From positions 26,606 through 90,605 of the forward strand of contig CAVRCL010000009.1 in assembly GCA_963719555.1 (NCBI GenBank): a stretch of 64,000 nucleotides of DNA, written 5' to 3'. The notes beneath the pieces are model-generated. The model worked only from the letters and a program-made list of their open reading frames with translations, made no database searches and had not been told where the DNA came from. Origin of the DNA: Thermoanaerobaculia bacterium (GTDB lineage Bacteria; Acidobacteriota; Thermoanaerobaculia; Multivoradales; JAGPDF01). This document shows positions 36,216-46,660 of this stretch, piece after piece (position 1 is the first letter of the stretch; every line of letters starts with the position of its first letter). The position numbers and the translations under genes are program-made.

Positions 36216-37566
36216 ATGCTCGTCACCAGCACCCGCGACGCCTCTCTGCGCGCCACGTTCGTGGAGGCGGCCGTGCGCAACGCGCCCGGCGACGGCGGCC
36301 TCTACCTTCCGTTCGGCCCGGCGCGCTCGGCCGTTCGCGGACGTCGACGGAGCTGCTCGCGCTGCCGTTCCGGCTCGCGCTCGGCGGAGATCCTCTGCCG
36401 GTTGCTCGCGCCCGAGTTCGACTCGCGCCGAGGTCGGCGTCGATGGCCGCGCGCGGCGTTCGACTTTCCCGGTCGTGCTACCGCGAGATCGGGCCCGGCA
36501 CTCTCCGTGCTCGAGCTCTTCCACGGCCCGTCGCTCTCGTTCAAGGACTTCGGCGTGCGCTTCCTGGCGCAGGTGCTCGCTCGCCTGGCCAGCTGCCGAC
36601 GCTGCCGACGACGCCCGCCGTGCCGGGATACCGGCGGGCGCGCACCGTGCTCACCGCGACCAGCGGCGACACCGGCGCCGCGGTGGTGAACGCCTTCCAT
36701 CGCCTCCCCGGGTTCGCGCGTCGTCGTGCTCTATCCGGCGCGGGCGGATCTCGCCGCTGCAGGAGCGCCAGATCGCGACGCTCGGCGACAACGTGCGTGC
36801 GTTCGCCGTCGAGGGCTCGTTCGACGACTGCCAGCGACTGGTGAAGAGCGCCTTCGCCGATCCGGAGCTCGCCCGAAGCGCCGGCCTGGTCTCGGCGAAC
36901 TCGATCCACCTCGCGCGGCTGCTGGCGCAGGTGCACCTACTACTTCGAGGCCGCGGCCCGGGCGGCTCCGGCCGCAGACGGCCGTCCCCTGGTCGTCGCG
37001 GTGCCGTCGGGCAACTTCGGCAATCTCTGCGCCGGCCTGCTGGCGCAGCGGCCTGGGAGCGCCGATCGCGACGCTGGTCGCGGCGACGAACGCCAACCGC
37101 ACGGTGCCGGACTTCCTCGATGGGCAGCCGTTCGCGCCGCGCGCGAGCGTCGCGACGCTGTCGAACGCGATGGACGTCGGGGCGCCGAACAACTGGCAGC
37201 GGATCGAGCGCCTGTTCGCGGCGACGCCGGCGGCGATGCGCGCGGGACTGCGCTGGGGGAGCGCCGACGATCGCGGCGACCGCGCGCCGCGCTCGCCGAG
37301 CTCGCGGCGCAGGGCTACCGCGCCGATCCGCACGGCGCGGTGGCCTACGACGTCCTGCGGCGGACGCTCCGCCCCGGCGAGCACGGGCTCTTTCTCGCCA
37401 CCGCCCACCCGGCGAAGTTCGAGGCCACGCGCGACTCCGCCGAGCCGCTGCCGCCGGCGCTCGCGGCGGCCGCCGCTGCGCCCGCTGCTCGCCCGAGCCG
37501 CTGGCGCCGGACGACGCCGCCCTGCGCGCCGCCCTGCTCGATCTCGCGGACCGAACTCGCTCCTGA
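36216..37566 (+). CDS. thrC: Threonine synthase (heavily frameshifted)
   Basis: DGGLYLP, LELFHGPSLSFKDFG, ATSGDTGAAV, GSFDDCQRLVK, SANSI, VPSGNFGN, SNAMDVG, DPHGAV, ATAHPAKF. Confidence 0.92.
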
Positions 37567-37585
37567 TCCGGAAAGGACTCTGCCC

Positions 37586-38712
37586 TTGGTCACTCCCTTC
37601 CCGCCCCCTGCGTCCCGTCTTCCCGTCACCGTTCTGGGCGCCACCGGCGTCGTCGGGCAGCGCTTCGTGCGCCGGCTCGCCGCGCCACCCGCTGGTTCGA
37701 GATCCGCCATCTCGCGGCGAGCGATCGCAGCGCCGGCAAGCGCTACGCGGAGGCCTGCGACTGGCGCCTCGGAGGCGAGCCGTACGCCGGGTTGCGGCGA
37801 CCGCGTGCTCGCGCCGTGCACGCCGCGGGACGCCGCGGCAGGGATCGTCTTCAGCGCGCTCGACACCGCGCCGGCGCGCGAGCTCGAACCGCTGTTCGCC
37901 GCGGCGGGCGCCTGGGTCTTCTCGAACGCCTCGGCCTTCCGCATGGAGCCCGACGTGCCGCTCCTCGTGCCCGAGGTGAACGCCGCCCACCTGGCGCTCG
38001 TCCCGCGCCAGCGCCGCGAGCGCCGCTACTCGGGCGCGATCGTCTGCAATCCGAACTGCACCGCGACGATGCTGGTGATGGCGCTCGCGCCGCTCCACGC
38101 CGCCTTCGGTGTCGAGGCGGTGCTGATGACCTCGATGCAGGCGGTGAGCGGCGCGGGCTATCCCGGGCGTCTCGGCGCTCGACATCCTCGGCAACGTCAT
38201 TCCCTACATCCGCGGCGAGGAGGAGAAGGTCGAGGAGGAGACGCGCAAGATGCTCGGCTCGCTCGCCGGCGAGGCGGTGACGCCGGCGACGGCGCAGGTC
38301 TCGGCGCTCTGCCACCGCGTGCCGGTCGCTCGACGGCCATACCGAGGCGGTGAGCGTGCGGCTCGCCGGCAACCCTTCGCTCGGCGCTCGTGCGCGAGGT
38401 GCTCGCCTCGTTCCGCTCCCTGCCGCAGGAGCTCGCGCCTGCCCTTCCGCGCCGCAGGTTCCGATCGTCCTCCACGACCGGCCCGAGCGCCCGCAGCCGC
38501 GCCTCGACCTCGCCGAGTCGGCGGAGGCGGCGTCGGGCCAGGCGCAGGGTGCGCCCATGGGATGGCGGTGCACATCGGCCGGGTGCGCGAGTGCCCGGTG
38601 CTCGGTGTCAAGTTCGCGCTCCTCGGCCACAACGCCGAACGCGGCGCCGCCGGCGCGAGCGTCCTCAACGCCGAGCTCGCCCTGGCGACCGGCTGGTCGG
38701 CTCGCCGGCTAG
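37586..38712 (+). CDS. asd: Aspartate-semialdehyde dehydrogenase, archaeal/eukaryote-like type (frameshifted)
   Basis: [68 protein letters not shown]. Confidence 0.9.
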
Positions 38713-38731
38713 GCCCGGACAGGGCCGCGGC

Positions 38732-40422
38732 TCACGGTTTGCGCGGCGCCGGCAGGTGCTGCCCGCCCTGGTGCAGGACGAGCGAGCTCGCGCGGCCGCC
38801 TTCGAGGACGAAATCGATCTGAGCGTCGACGAGCTTGAAGAAGAATCGGATCGTGGACTCGGGATAGATCTCGAGCCTCTCCTGTCCGGTCGCCTGGGCG
38901 AAGAGATGATCGCCCTCCTGGGTGATCGCGATGTCGAAGCCCGGGGCGAGGGCGTAGACGCCGACCAGGGCGGCGTAGGCGCGGCGGGTCGACCGCGACC
39001 TCCTTGAGCGGCGGCGGCACCGGTTCGTCGGTGCGCATCGAGCGGAAGACCGGACCGAATCCCTGGTCGACGAGCAGAGCCGTGACGCGGCCCTCGGCGC
39101 CGCGCTCGAAGCGAACCGGCGTGCCGTCGGCGGTCTCGAAGAGGTCCGGGCCGACCGCGACGAGCGGATGGAGGTCGCCGCCGGTGCGCTGCAGTCGCAG
39201 CGTCTCGCCGTCGCGCGAGATCACCCGCCGCACCCCCGAGCGCTCCGGCACGAGGTAGACCCCGACGTAGGCGTCGAGCTCGGCGGCGGAGAGCTTCAAC
39301 GCGCGAGGCTGTGCCTTCTGCGGCACGCCGAGCACCGATTCGGCTACGCGATGCGCGAGCTCATGCACGTCCTGCAGTCGGATTGTTCGACAGGATCACG
39401 ACGAGCAGGTCCTCGCCGGGAACGCGCAGCAGGTCGCAGGTGAAGCCGTGGATGCCGCCGCCGTGCTCGTGCGTCGGGCGGCCCGCCACTTCGGTCATGG
39501 CGTTGCCGAGGCCGTAGCGCGTGGCGATGCCGTCCTGGTCGCCGCCGCGCAGGATGGCGGAGGTGAACATGCGGTCGCGCGAGGCGCGGCAGAGACGACC
39601 CGTCCCGCCTCGAGCGCGTCGCTCCAGCGCGCGAGATCGTCGACGGTCGACATCAGGGAGCCCGCGGCATAGGGCTGGGTGAGCGAGAGATAGGGCGCGT
39701 TCGCCCAGCCCTCGGGGCCCTTCACGTAGCCGGCGGCGCGGCCGCGCACGATCTCCTCCTGGTGGCCGTAGCGCGAGTCCTGCATGCCGAGCGGGGCGAA
39801 GAGCTCGGACTCGACGACCTCTTCGTAGCTCTTGCCCGTGATCTTCTCGATCACCGCGCCGAGCAGGATGTAGCCCGAGTTGCTGTAGTTCCACAGCGTC
39901 CCCGGCGGAAAGTCGAGCGGCTTGTCCTTGAAGAGGGCGAAGAGCGTGTCGAGGCTCATGTCCTCGCGCCAGCGCGGGATCCACTCCGGCATGTCGGTGT
40001 AGTTGGGCACCCCGGAGGTGTGGGAGAGCAACTGCTCGAGGGTGATCGGCGTCCCGCCGAAGGTGGCATCTGGTAGGAACTTCGTGATCTGGTCGGTCAA
40101 GCGCCAGCTTGCCCTGCTCGGCGAGCCGCAGCACGATCGCGGCGGTGAACTGCTTGGTCACCGACCCGATCTCGAACACCTGCTCCGGTGCCACCGGAAT
40201 CCCGAGGTCCAACTGCGCCATCCCGTACCCCTTGCGCAGCACCACCTCGCCTTTCCACTTCACCAGCACCGCCGCGCCCGGCGCGTCGGCGGGATAGGCC
40301 TTCGCCAGCAGGGCTTCGGCTGCCTGGAGAACCTCGTTTACTGCGACGCGGTCGACGGTGGCGGAAAGAACTGACGGCAGGAAGGCGGCCAGCAGGACCA
40401 GGGTTGCGGTCGGTCGGCGCAT
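38732..40422 (-). CDS. Serine hydrolase, beta-lactamase family, with C-terminal DUF3471-like domains (frameshifted)
   Basis: Signal peptide; FEIGSVTKQFT (SxxK), LLSHTSG, YSNSGY, HGGGIHGF. Confidence 0.9.
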
Positions 40423-40546
40423 GAGGTCTCCGGGGGGATTCGAGATGGATCCTAGCTTTTCCTATACGCAGTGAGATTAGAATCGTTGCCCGATCTGCTC
40501 CTAGTGCCGAGACCCGGGAGGCATCATGCCGATTCCCAGAGTCGTC

Positions 40547-41316
40547 ATGCAACGCTCGACGCCGTACCTCCTCCTGTGCCTTTTCGCGGTCTGCTTCGCC
40601 GCCATGCCCGGAGAGGCCTCGAGCCGCCTGTATGCGCTCGAACCTGATCTTTTTCGACGGCTTCGAATCGGGTGGCTCGGCGGTCTGGAGCACCCAGAAT
40701 CTCAGCGGCTTCGTTCGCGACTCCTGGACAGGACTCACTCTGGCTGGCGTTTCACTGGCCATTTCGAGTCCGGTGCGCGGCACGACGAGCGACGCCGCGG
40801 GACGCTACGCCCTGGTCGATCTAGCCCCGGCAGCGGCGGTGACGCCACTCGCCACCCTGCCGGCGAGCTCCCTCGCTACCGGGACCGGCCCGATCGCGCT
40901 CGGCGGTGGATCGAAGAGCTGCGATCTCTTCGTGATGTCCGTCGCCGACGTCCAGCGCCAGTACACCGTGCTCGGCATCACCCCGACGGCCGGTCTGGCG
41001 ATCCTCATCGCCGACCTCCGCCGCCCCGACGACAGTCCGCTCACCGGGATTCCGCTCGCCGACATCTCCCTGAATGACGCCGGCGCGACGCCGATCGGTC
41101 AGGGCCCCTACTTTCTAAGGCGCCGGAGGAGACGTCGACAACTCCCTCTTCGTTTCGACCGCCTTCGGCGGTCGCGCCCGCGTCGCCTACCTCAACGTCC
41201 CGATTACGCTGGCCACCCTCGCCGTCGTCTCCGCCGAACCCAACGTCAGCGCCAGCGCCACCTTCACTCCGATCGCGAGCGGTGCCAACGATCTCGTGCT
41301 GGGTGGGGTCGATTGA
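40547..41316 (+). CDS. Exported hypothetical protein with N-proximal IFFDGFESG motif (frameshifted)
   Basis: Signal peptide MQRSTPYLLLCLFAVCFAAMPGEA; LIFFDGFESGGSAVWS then carboxypeptidase-regulatory-like SGFVRDSWTG..LAGVSLAI..TTSDAAGRY; tail ends DLVLGGVD*. Confidence 0.6.
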
Positions 41317-41326
41317 TCGTTTTCGC

Positions 41327-42306
41327 CTAGTTGCCGTCGCGCCGAGCCGAGTTGCCGCCGACCCTGCCGCTTCGCTGCAGGAGACGAACGTGCGCGAGCA
41401 GGCGCTCGGCAAGCTCCCGCGGCCGCCGGATCGCGAAGGCGAAGGGCAAGCGCGCGAGCTCGCGGGCGAGCCAGTTCAAGTCATCGGTTTGGGAGTGGAG
41501 GAGGACGCCGCCGTCGACCTCCTCGAGTGTCCCCAGGGTGGCGAAGATCTGTCGCTTCGCGGTGGCGAGGTCGGTGTGGAGGAGGACCTCGGCGCGGTGG
41601 GCTCTGGGGAGGGTGGCGATGGCGGTCGAGATCGCGGCCAGGGTGTCGAAGTCTCCGGCCGCGCGAAGCTCCGGCTGGTACGCGCGACGCTTGCAATGCG
41701 ATCGACGCGAAAGGTGCGTGGGCCCTGGCGCAGGTGGCAGAAGCCGACGACGTACCAGCAGCCGCCGCGGTAGGCGAGGCCGTAGGGGTCGAGATCGCGC
41801 GCCGTGCGTCGCTTGTCCGCCGCTTCGTAGCCGACGTGCACCGTGCGCTGCGCCTGGGCGGCGGCGGAGAGCGCGGCGAGGACGTTTCCTTCGGCCGGCG
41901 GGCCGCTCGCCGGGAGGTCGAGCTGCATCGTTTCGTCGGCGGCGCGCAGGCGGCGTTTCAAGTCGGCAGGCATGACCCGTTCGAGCTTCGCCCGCGCGCT
42001 CGTGAGGCCGGCCGCAGTCTGCCCAAGTCCGAGCGCGCTCGCCGCCAGCAGTCCGAGCGAGAGCGCCAGCGCTTCGTCGTCGGTAAAGAGCATCGGCGGC
42101 AGCTTGAAGCCGGCGACCAGACTGTAGCCGCCGCCGGCGCCGCGTTCGGCGGTCACCGGGATGCCGAGCTCCTCGAGCGCCGCGATGTAGCGCCGCACCG
42201 TGCGCCGGTCCACCCCCAGGCGGCGCGCGATCTCGGCGCCCGAGAGCTGCCCGTGCGCCTGCAGCAGTTCGAGCAGGGCGAGGATCCGGTTCGTCGGCTG
42301 GCTCAC
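41327..42306 (-). CDS. YafY-family HTH-WYL transcriptional regulator (frameshift near 41660)
   Basis: RILALLELLQ, LGVDRRTVRRYI, RGAGGGYSL, PPMLFTDDEA, DPYGL, WYVVGFCHLR, RTFRVDRI. Confidence 0.92.
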
Positions 42307-42412
42307 CCAAAAGGGTATCAAGGAATAGGGCGGAAACTGTCCTCTACGGGCTCTAGCCTTCTCCCTGGCGCGGAACTTCGTCCGCGTCACCCCGCGCGCG
42401 GAGAGCTTGCTC

Positions 42413-43057
42413 ATGGAGTCCGTTTCCCACCTCTGGATCTTCTTCGGCCTGGTCTTCGGCGTGGTGCTGCTCCCCGGGCTCGACATGGCCTGCGTCCTTG
42501 CGACCGCGCTCGGCGGCGGCCGGCGAGCCGGCTTCGCGGCGGTCGGGGGGATTCTCACCGCCGCCTTCGTGCACGTGGCGATCGGAGGGGCGGGTCTCGC
42601 CGCCATCCTCGGCGTGCTGCCGGCGCTCTACAACGCTCTACTCGTCGTCGGCGCCGCTTATGTCGCCTGGATCGGCGTCGCCCTCCTGAGGAGCGGCGCG
42701 ATGTTCGAGACCGGTGGCGCGCGCTCTCTCTACGGGATCGCGATGCCGACCGCTTATCGGCGGGGTCTCTTGACGAACCTCCTCAACCCCAAGGCTTACG
42801 CTTTCATGCTGGCGATCTTCCCGCAGTTCGTTCACAAGGAGAGCGGGCCGATCTGGATGCAGGCGGTCGTCCTCGGCGCGATCATCGTTGCGACGCAGGT
42901 GGCGGTCTACGGCACGGTCGTCCTCGCGGCGACCCGGGCGCGCGGCTGGCTCGCGGCCCGCCCGCGCGCCCTCGCGGTCGTCGGCCGCACCGTGGGCGCC
43001 CTGCTCGTCGCCGTCGCCTTCTTCTCGGCGCTCGAGGGGTGGCGAGGGCTCGGCTAG
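42413..43057 (+). CDS. LysE/RhtB family exporter
   Basis: LLPGLDM, GAAYVAWIG, GLLTNLLNPKA; hydrophobic; divergent from the WYL regulator. Confidence 0.9.
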   Translation: MESVSHLWIFFGLVFGVVLLPGLDMACVLATALGGGRRAGFAAVGGILTAAFVHVAIGGAGLAAILGVLPALYNALLVVGAAYVAWIGVALLRSGAMFETGGARSLYGIAMPTAYRRGLLTNLLNPKAYAFMLAIFPQFVHKESGPIWMQAVVLGAIIVATQVAVYGTVVLAATRARGWLAARPRALAVVGRTVGALLVAVAFFSALEGWRGLG

Positions 43058-43121
43058 AAGGAAGCTGCCGCGGCCCTGTCCCCTCGGCAGGGGATTTGGC
43101 GAATTCTGATCAGGGGGAAGA

Positions 43122-43559
43122 CATGGGCTGGATCGAGAGAGGTTGGGAAGAGCTGTCCAAGCGATTACAGGTTGCGCTCGAGCCCTACCGCGAGGGCGAG
43201 GAGCTCGTCGGCGTCGTGCATGCGAATCAGCCGGGGCTCTTCTCGACGCAGCTGTACGCGATCGGCGTGACGCCGTCCCGGCTCATCCTCCTGCCGCTCG
43301 ATCGGCGGCACGCCGCGACGGGTGAGCCGGTCCTGTTGCGGGCGGGCGACATCGAGGCCTCGGCAATCTGGGGCTGGGGAGGGTCGATGGGCGACTGGAT
43401 CTCGGGGAGCTCGGCCAAGAGCTCCGCTTCACCGCCGGCGGGCGGAAGTACAAGCTGATGGTCCTGGGCGGCAATCTCCTCGAAGACGCCCTCTCCGGCC
43501 CCAGCCAACGCTCGGGCCTCCAGGCCCTCCTCGAGTTCCTCCTCGACGCCAAGCGCTGA
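43122..43559 (+). CDS. Hypothetical protein (frameshift near 43420)
   Basis: SD GGGGAAG then MGWIERGWEELSKRLQ..YAIGVTPSRLILLPLDRR; shifted tail ELRFTAGGRKYKLMVLGG..LLDAKR*. Confidence 0.65.
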
Positions 43560-43643
43560 CCTCGGGGTCGGTCGCGTCGTCGGACTTCTCCTGCTCCTCG
43601 TCGCCCTCTTCTCGGCGCTTGAAGGAGGAAGAGACTCGGCTGA
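43560..43643 (+). repeat. Diverged second copy of the lysE-like 3' end (matches 42970-43057)
   Basis: Translates LGVGRVVGLLLLLVALFSALEG-(W)KRLG* versus LAVVGRTVGALLVAVAFFSALEGWRGLG*; several differences are synonymous. Confidence 0.8.
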
Positions 43644-43656
43644 CAGTTTTCGTGCC

Positions 43657-44328
43657 CTAGTCGCGCGTCCAGCCAGCGTGAGCGCGTTCCTCCGCGGTCC
43701 ACGAGGAGATGGGCAGTGGAGCCGGGTCGAGCGGTTTGGAGTGTGGCAAGCCCGCCTTCCTGGCGGTCGAAAATCGCTCCCACATTCGGCGAATCGTGGC
43801 GAACTCGGGAAACTCAGGATAGCGATCGGCCTGATACCAAGCAGCGTCTCCGACAAAGGTGTTCGACTTCGCGCTTGGAACGGAATTGCCGACGGATGTG
43901 AGCTCGTAGCGAATCCGAACAAACTCCGGTCCGCTGTCACTTACTAGCATGCGCACTTGTCCACTCGCCTCGATTCGTCGATCGATATCGGCTCGCGAAT
44001 AGGCATAGAGGCGCGAGCCGACGATGTCGTCGAGCCAGGTCGCGAGCTCGTCGGGTGCGAGCTCGGTCGTGACGTGGCTCGTCGGCACAGGATTCGCCCC
44101 GACGAGGTAGGTGCGGGTTTCGAGTCGTCCGTTCCTGTAGAGCTGCGAGACGTAGTACTCGTGTCCGTCCGCAGTGCTCGTCCACTCGAGCACGCAGACC
44201 TCTGGGTCCTGGCTGAAAGTCACTGGACTTGAGTCCTGAGCGAACAGGCTGGGCGGGAGCAGCACCAAGGCGAGGGTCACGAAGCGGGCCAGCCGATGGG
44301 TTCGCTGCGGTGGGCTCGAAGGAATCAC
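43657..44328 (-). CDS. Exported hypothetical protein, apparent paralogue of 58331-58924
   Basis: Intact 223 aa ORF, signal peptide ending SLFA-QD, visibly lower GC than neighbours. Confidence 0.75.
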   Translation of the reverse strand: MIPSSPPQRTHRLARFVTLALVLLPPSLFAQDSSPVTFSQDPEVCVLEWTSTADGHEYYVSQLYRNGRLETRTYLVGANPVPTSHVTTELAPDELATWLDDIVGSRLYAYSRADIDRRIEASGQVRMLVSDSGPEFVRIRYELTSVGNSVPSAKSNTFVGDAAWYQADRYPEFPEFATIRRMWERFSTARKAGLPHSKPLDPAPLPISSWTAEERAHAGWTRD

Positions 44329-44499
44329 GGCAAGAGTCTAGTCCTCTTGACCAGCTGTTCGGACTTCACCGGCTCCCCCAAAAGGCCACGAAATCGCCTG
44401 GTGACCTGAGTGACGCCAGATAGAGCCGGTCGTTTGCGTCCTTCTTGAAAGAACGGTTCTCGGGCTCTCAAAGGACCCTGAAGTCCGTCGCTGCGGGAG

Positions 44500-44525
44500 T
44501 TGACGTGGAGTGTCATTAATGGCAC
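44500..44525 (+). promoter_or_regulatory. -35-like hexamer and palindromic operator of hicAB-like operon
   Basis: TTGACG (44500-44505) followed by near-perfect palindrome GTGTCATT-AATGGCAC (44510-44525) overlapping the probable ATG. Confidence 0.55.
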
Positions 44526-44797
44526 CATCGATCGAGCAGTACTGCGCGGAGCTTCTGCCGCGGCTGGAAAGGGCGCCCACCAGCGTGACCTTCGCTGAGT
44601 TGCGGCGATTCTGCGTCGCGATCTTCGGGAGGGGCGGCGAGGGACGGCGGGGCAAGGGCAGTCACCTCATCTTTCGGACTGGACTGCCGGAGCTGCCGAT
44701 CGTGAACATTCAGCCGCGCGGGAAGATGGCGAAGCCTTACCAGTGTCGGCAGGTGGCCCAGGCCGCGCAAGCGCTGCTCTCCAAGATCAAGGAGTGA
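44519..44797 (+). CDS. HicA-like toxin
   Basis: PTSVTFAELRRFC, GKGSHLIF, VNIQPRGKMAKPYQCRQV. Confidence 0.85.
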   Translation: MAPSIEQYCAELLPRLERAPTSVTFAELRRFCVAIFGRGGEGRRGKGSHLIFRTGLPELPIVNIQPRGKMAKPYQCRQVAQAAQALLSKIKE

Positions 44798-44799
44798 AG

Positions 44800-45201
44800 A
44801 TGGAACTTTCCGACCGATACTCCTACCGCGTCTTCTGGTCCGAGGAGGATGGCGAGCATGTCGCGGTTTGCGCGGAGCTGCCGGGTCTCTCGTGGCTCGA
44901 CAAGAAGGCGGAGCGGGCGCTATCGGGAGTGTTGCGGGCGGCGCGGGAGGCGGTCGAGCTGCTGCGCGAGAATGGAGATCCGGTGCCCGAGCCGCTCCTC
45001 GACCGGCGCTACAGTGGCACCTTCAAGGTGCGGATTCCGCCCGAGGTGCACCGCCGGCTCGTGCTCGAGGCCGAAGAGCAGAAGGTCTCGCTCAACCGGC
45101 TCGTTTCCGCCAAGCTCAGCGCTCCGCTCGAACGCGTCGGCGACGCCCGCTTGCGAGAGCCCGTGACGAAGTACCGCGCCCGCACTCGATCCGAGACCTG
45201 A
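44800..45201 (+). CDS. HicB family antitoxin
   Basis: YSYRVFWSEEDGEHVAVCAELPGLSW, YSGTFKVRIPPEVHRRL, VSLNRLV. Confidence 0.92.
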   Translation: MELSDRYSYRVFWSEEDGEHVAVCAELPGLSWLDKKAERALSGVLRAAREAVELLRENGDPVPEPLLDRRYSGTFKVRIPPEVHRRLVLEAEEQKVSLNRLVSAKLSAPLERVGDARLREPVTKYRARTRSET

Positions 45202-45296
45202 CCGGCGATCGCGGTCCCAGTTCTCGAAAACCGCGATGTCTTCGGCGGCACTGAGCAGGCTGAGGCCGTCAGATGGCAGACAGGTAGGATTCACAG

Positions 45297-46557
45297 ATGC
45301 GCTGCGCTGGGATCGTCCTTCGAATCCTATGGCTGGCGCTCCTTTCCGGCGCGCCGGTCCTGGCCCACGGACCGCATCAGCCGGCGGCGCCGGCGCCGCC
45401 GGCGCAGGAGAAGGGCACGCACGGCGCCGCGATCCCGCTGCCCGCCGGCTGGGTCGAAAGCCCGCCCCCGGCGGCTGCCGGGGCGATGGCGCCGGCGCTG
45501 GTCGCCGACGGCGACGGCTTCCTCGCCACCTGGATCGAGCCGCTGGCGCAAGCCGGGCACCGGGTGCGCTTCGCGCGCTGGCAGAGCGGAACCTGGAGCG
45601 CGGCCTCGACGGTGCGAGAGGGAAAGACGCTGTTCGCCAACTGGGCCGACGTCCCCGGAGTCGTGCGCTCGCCCGACGCCGCGCTCTACGCCTGGTGGCT
45701 GGAGAGGTCGGGTCCAGACACCTACGCCTACGATGTGCGGCTGGTGCGCTCGACCGACCAGGGGGCGACGTTCACGGCGCTCGGTGTCCTGCACGAGGAC
45801 CGCTCGGCGGTCGAGCACGGCTTCGTCTCGGCCGTCGCCGAGGAGGGTGGGCGTGCGCTTCTACTACCTCGACGGCCGCGCGACCGCAACCGGCGGGCCG
45901 ATGCAGCTGCGCACGGTCCTCGTCGAAGGGAAGCGCGATCGGCGCCTCCGAGCTCGTCGACGAGAGCGTCTGCGACTGTTGCGCGACCGCCGCGGTGGGG
46001 CTCGCGAGCGGCTCGGCCGTCGCCTATCGCGACCGCACCACAGACGAGATCCGCGACGTCCAGGTCGTCATCCGATCGCACGCAGGCACGCTCGGCGACG
46101 CATGCGCCCGGCAATGACGGCTGGAAGATCGCCGGCTGTCCGGTCAACGGCCCGGCGCTCGCCGCCAATGCCGGCCAGCTTGCGCTCGCCTGGTTCGCTG
46201 CGCCCGGCGACCGGCCGCGCATGTCCGTCGCGCGCTCGGCCGACGGCGGCGCGACCTGGGGCAAGCCGCAACTCCTAGGTGCCGGCAAACCCATGGGTCA
46301 GCTTGCGGTCGCGGCGCTGGGCAGACGCCTTCGCCCTCTCCTGGCTCGAGGCGATCGCCGGCGGCTCCGAGCTCCGACTGGCGCGGCTCGACGAAAGAGG
46401 CAAGCTCGAACCGTCGCTGGCCATCGCCCGCACCGGTGCCGGGCGCAGCGCCGGCATCCCGCGCCTCGCCGCCGCCGCGAATCGCCTGGCGCTGCTGTGG
46501 GTGCCTGCCGGGAAGTCGAGCGGGGCGAGCCTGCGGTTCGCGACCCAGGCGCCGTAG
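45297..46557 (+). CDS. Exported sialidase/BNR-repeat beta-propeller protein with CxCC motif (frameshifted)
   Basis: FANWADVP, RSTDQGATF and RSADGGATW Asp-boxes, EHGFVS, VCDCCAT, AYRDRT..EIRD, WKIAGCPVNGP. Confidence 0.8.
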
Positions 46558-46660
46558 GTCGCGGAGTCTTCAGTTTCCGGCATGCCCCGCGGGAGGGACG
46601 ACTTTCCGGGTGCCGAAGTGGGGCCTTCGCCATAGAGTCTCCCGCCAGGGAGACCCCATC

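Noticed and set aside
33727-37566. 1279-aa AK-ThrB-ThrC triple fusion
   Set aside because: After about 35750 the frame drifts in and out of sense; ThrB ends at 36211 and ThrC has its own start; only the AK-ThrB junction is clean
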